Positions 15,639 to 17,479 of a stretch of 17,479 nt of DNA are shown piece after piece; position 1 is the stretch's first letter, and every line of letters begins with the position of its first letter. The stretch comes from an uncultured archaeon (GTDB lineage: Archaea > Asgardarchaeota > Thorarchaeia > Thorarchaeales > Thorarchaeaceae). Position numbers and translations under genes: made by a program. The notes below the pieces were generated by a model. That model made no database searches and had not been told where the DNA came from. It saw nothing but the letters and a program-made list of their open reading frames with translations. The stretch is from contig CAZPWM010000066.1 of the NCBI GenBank assembly GCA_964590575.1, positions 1 to 17,479 on the forward strand. Reading direction: 5' to 3'.

Positions 15639-15849
15639 GCCTAGGTCAAATCCAGAAAATAGCAGTGTATGACAGGTGTATGACCCACATACTATCCCCG
15701 GTAAGGAATAGGGCAATGTGTTGTTCACATGCCATTGAGTAGAGTTTTATTTGGCGCCAAATGTGGAATGCCCCCATTGAAGAGAATCAAACAAAAGGAT
15801 GATATTGGAGAGAAGCACACGAGAGTACTAATGTGAGGACTGACCTGCT

Positions 15850-16317
15850 TTGAGATTACTGTTTGTGCTTGGTTCAGGAGGACACACTACTAGAGGTCTG
15901 ATTCTGAGTAAACAGGTGAAGCATGAGAAATTTTACATAGTGCCATGGGAATCTGAGGTGACCAAGCAGAAAGTCGGAAAGAATTACTTCAGTGTAATCT
16001 CACCCAGATTCAGAGCTAAAGACAGTCGGGTCATGAGTGCTGTGCGAACACTCTTCTTGTTTCTTCACAGTCTATTCATCTTCCTTATTGTTAGACCGGA
16101 TGTTCTCATCAGTACCGGATCTGGACTTACTCTCCCCCCATTTCTTGTTGCTCGAGTTTTTGGAATCAAGACCATCTTCATAGAGAGTCCAAGCCGGGTC
16201 TATAATCCGTCTATTGCTGGTAGACTATTGTTAGGAAAAGTGAATCTCTGGTTGAGTAGTTGGCCAGAACTAGCCAAAAGATATCTAGGTGTTGAATACG
16301 AGGGGGTGATATTCTGA
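15850..16317 (+). CDS. Alg14-like (PssD/Cps14F) N-terminal half of a split GT-B glycosyltransferase
   Basis: VLGSGGHT, RPDVLISTGSG and IFIESPSRV...PSIAGRLL motifs. Confidence 0.88.
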   Translation: MRLLFVLGSGGHTTRGLILSKQVKHEKFYIVPWESEVTKQKVGKNYFSVISPRFRAKDSRVMSAVRTLFLFLHSLFIFLIVRPDVLISTGSGLTLPPFLVARVFGIKTIFIESPSRVYNPSIAGRLLLGKVNLWLSSWPELAKRYLGVEYEGVIF

Positions 16318-16775
16318 TATTTGTGACAGTAGGAACCTCTCTTCCTCATGATGCTCTAATTCAAACAGTCGATGAGATGGTCGGTAATGGGTTAATCGCA
16401 GATGAGGTGATTGCTCAAAGAGGAGAGGGTCACTACATACCAAAGCATATCAAGAGCTTCCGATTCAAGAAGGGACTCGAAGAGTACCTAAGCAAAGCTG
16501 AGATTGTCATTAGCAACTGTGGTGCGGGGACAATCATGGAAAACGTCACTAAAGGGCATCGATTGATAGTGATACAGAATCCGGATATTACAGGTGGACA
16601 TGAGTGGGAACTGGTGACCAAGATGGAGAAAGGCGGGCATCTCATTTGGTGCAGAGACCTTAATTCCTTGAAGACATCAATTGAGAAAGCTAGAAACATG
16701 GAGTTCAAAGCGTTCAAACCCGAACAGTTGAATCTTAAAGTCGTTTTGAACAGATTGGAGAAAATCGATGCATGA
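16314..16775 (+). CDS. Alg13-like (PssE/Cps14G; GT28 C-terminal) half of a split glycosyltransferase
   Basis: IFVTVGT, AQRG, AEIVISNCGAGTIME and H-x-x-EL motifs. Start placed at CTG16314 (see findings); the ORF track gives GTG16323. Confidence 0.85.
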   Translation: MIFVTVGTSLPHDALIQTVDEMVGNGLIADEVIAQRGEGHYIPKHIKSFRFKKGLEEYLSKAEIVISNCGAGTIMENVTKGHRLIVIQNPDITGGHEWELVTKMEKGGHLIWCRDLNSLKTSIEKARNMEFKAFKPEQLNLKVVLNRLEKIDA

Positions 16776-16817
16776 GTTATAAGAGATAGTGAATAGAAAC
16801 AATGTAGTGAATAAAGC

Positions 16818-17479
16818 ATGAGTGAGACTGCATTCAAACACACCAAGTCAAAGAAGCTGGGCTCAGATATTATAATTGGAGATGACGTTGTAATCGAGGC
16901 TGAGGAGGTTATAATTGGCAACGGTGTGCAGATAGGCAGTGATACAGATGAAGAAGCATTCAGAATACCTGGAGGTGTCAGGATAAAGGTTCGAAAACTG
17001 GATATTGGCGATAACACAAAAATCTCCAGAGGTCTTCTAATAAGAGGTGGAAATATTACAATTGGCAAAAACGTCACGATAAGAGAGCATTCTACCATAG
17101 ATGTGAGAGAGAAGTTGTTGTTGGGAGATAGCAGCTACATAAACCCGTATTGTCGCATAATGGGACGTGACGTAGAGATAGGGGGGAATTTCAGAATGCT
17201 CACCTGGTCTTCTATTGGTGGAGGAAGTTGTTTTGAAATCCACTCAAAACTCAGAATGGGCAATAATTGCCACCTTGGGGAATTCTCTTTTATTAACACA
17301 GCAGATGCGGTGTTCATTGGTGAAGAAGTAGGAATAGGCATGCGTTCTGCCATTTTCACTCATGGAGCATATCAGTCATTCATTCAAGGATATCCTGTCA
17401 CTTTCGGCCCGGTACGAATCGAAGACAACTGCTGGCTGCCCCAAGCTGTTGTTCTACCCAATTGCACAATAGGAAGAGG
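16818..17479 (+). CDS. Hexapeptide-repeat (left-handed beta-helix) acyltransferase, 3'-truncated by the window edge
   Basis: Not in the ORF track. Manual translation from ATG16818 gives MSETAFKH...IIIGDDVVI...IIGNGVQIG...IGDNTKI...IGKNVTI...IGEEVGIG...IFTHG...GPVRIEDNCWL..., open to the end of the window. Confidence 0.88.
   Translation, partial: MSETAFKHTKSKKLGSDIIIGDDVVIEAEEVIIGNGVQIGSDTDEEAFRIPGGVRIKVRKLDIGDNTKISRGLLIRGGNITIGKNVTIREHSTIDVREKLLLGDSSYINPYCRIMGRDVEIGGNFRMLTWSSIGGGSCFEIHSKLRMGNNCHLGEFSFINTADAVFIGEEVGIGMRSAIFTHGAYQSFIQGYPVTFGPVRIEDNCWLPQAVVLPNCTIGR

Noticed and set aside
16433-17098. 221-aa minus-strand ORF and other shadow ORFs (e.g. 308..517, 3619..4017, 8720..9109, 10564..11031, 11950..12330)
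   Set aside because: They are antisense or out-of-frame to well-supported genes, with Ser/Ile-biased composition typical of non-coding shadows.

Overview
Gene-dense archaeal chromosomal segment, most likely from an Asgard archaeon (Thorarchaeia-like). This is an inference from the roadblock and longin-domain proteins, archaeal TATA-type promoters and frequent TTG/GTG starts. It encodes two coiled-coil/winged-helix proteins, two PD-(D/E)XK nuclease-fold proteins, a roadblock/LC7 protein followed closely by a divergent stand-alone NifB-like radical SAM enzyme, a tandem pair of longin + double winged-helix proteins with NPRL2/NPRL3 (GATOR1)-like architecture, a DUF2797 protein ending in a canonical PCNA-binding PIP box, AmrS, a transglutaminase-like protein, tldD-tldE, and the start of a glycan cluster (Alg14/Alg13-like, hexapeptide acyltransferase). 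The most striking non-gene signal is a perfect 45-bp inverted copy of internal tldD sequence (13645-13689) at 11130-11174. It lies in the signal-peptide region of a decayed surface-protein gene, downstream of that gene's putative promoter, and has the microhomology signature of a templated insertion. No rRNA, tRNA, CRISPR array or transposase was recognised. All family assignments come from reading motifs by eye, not from database searches.
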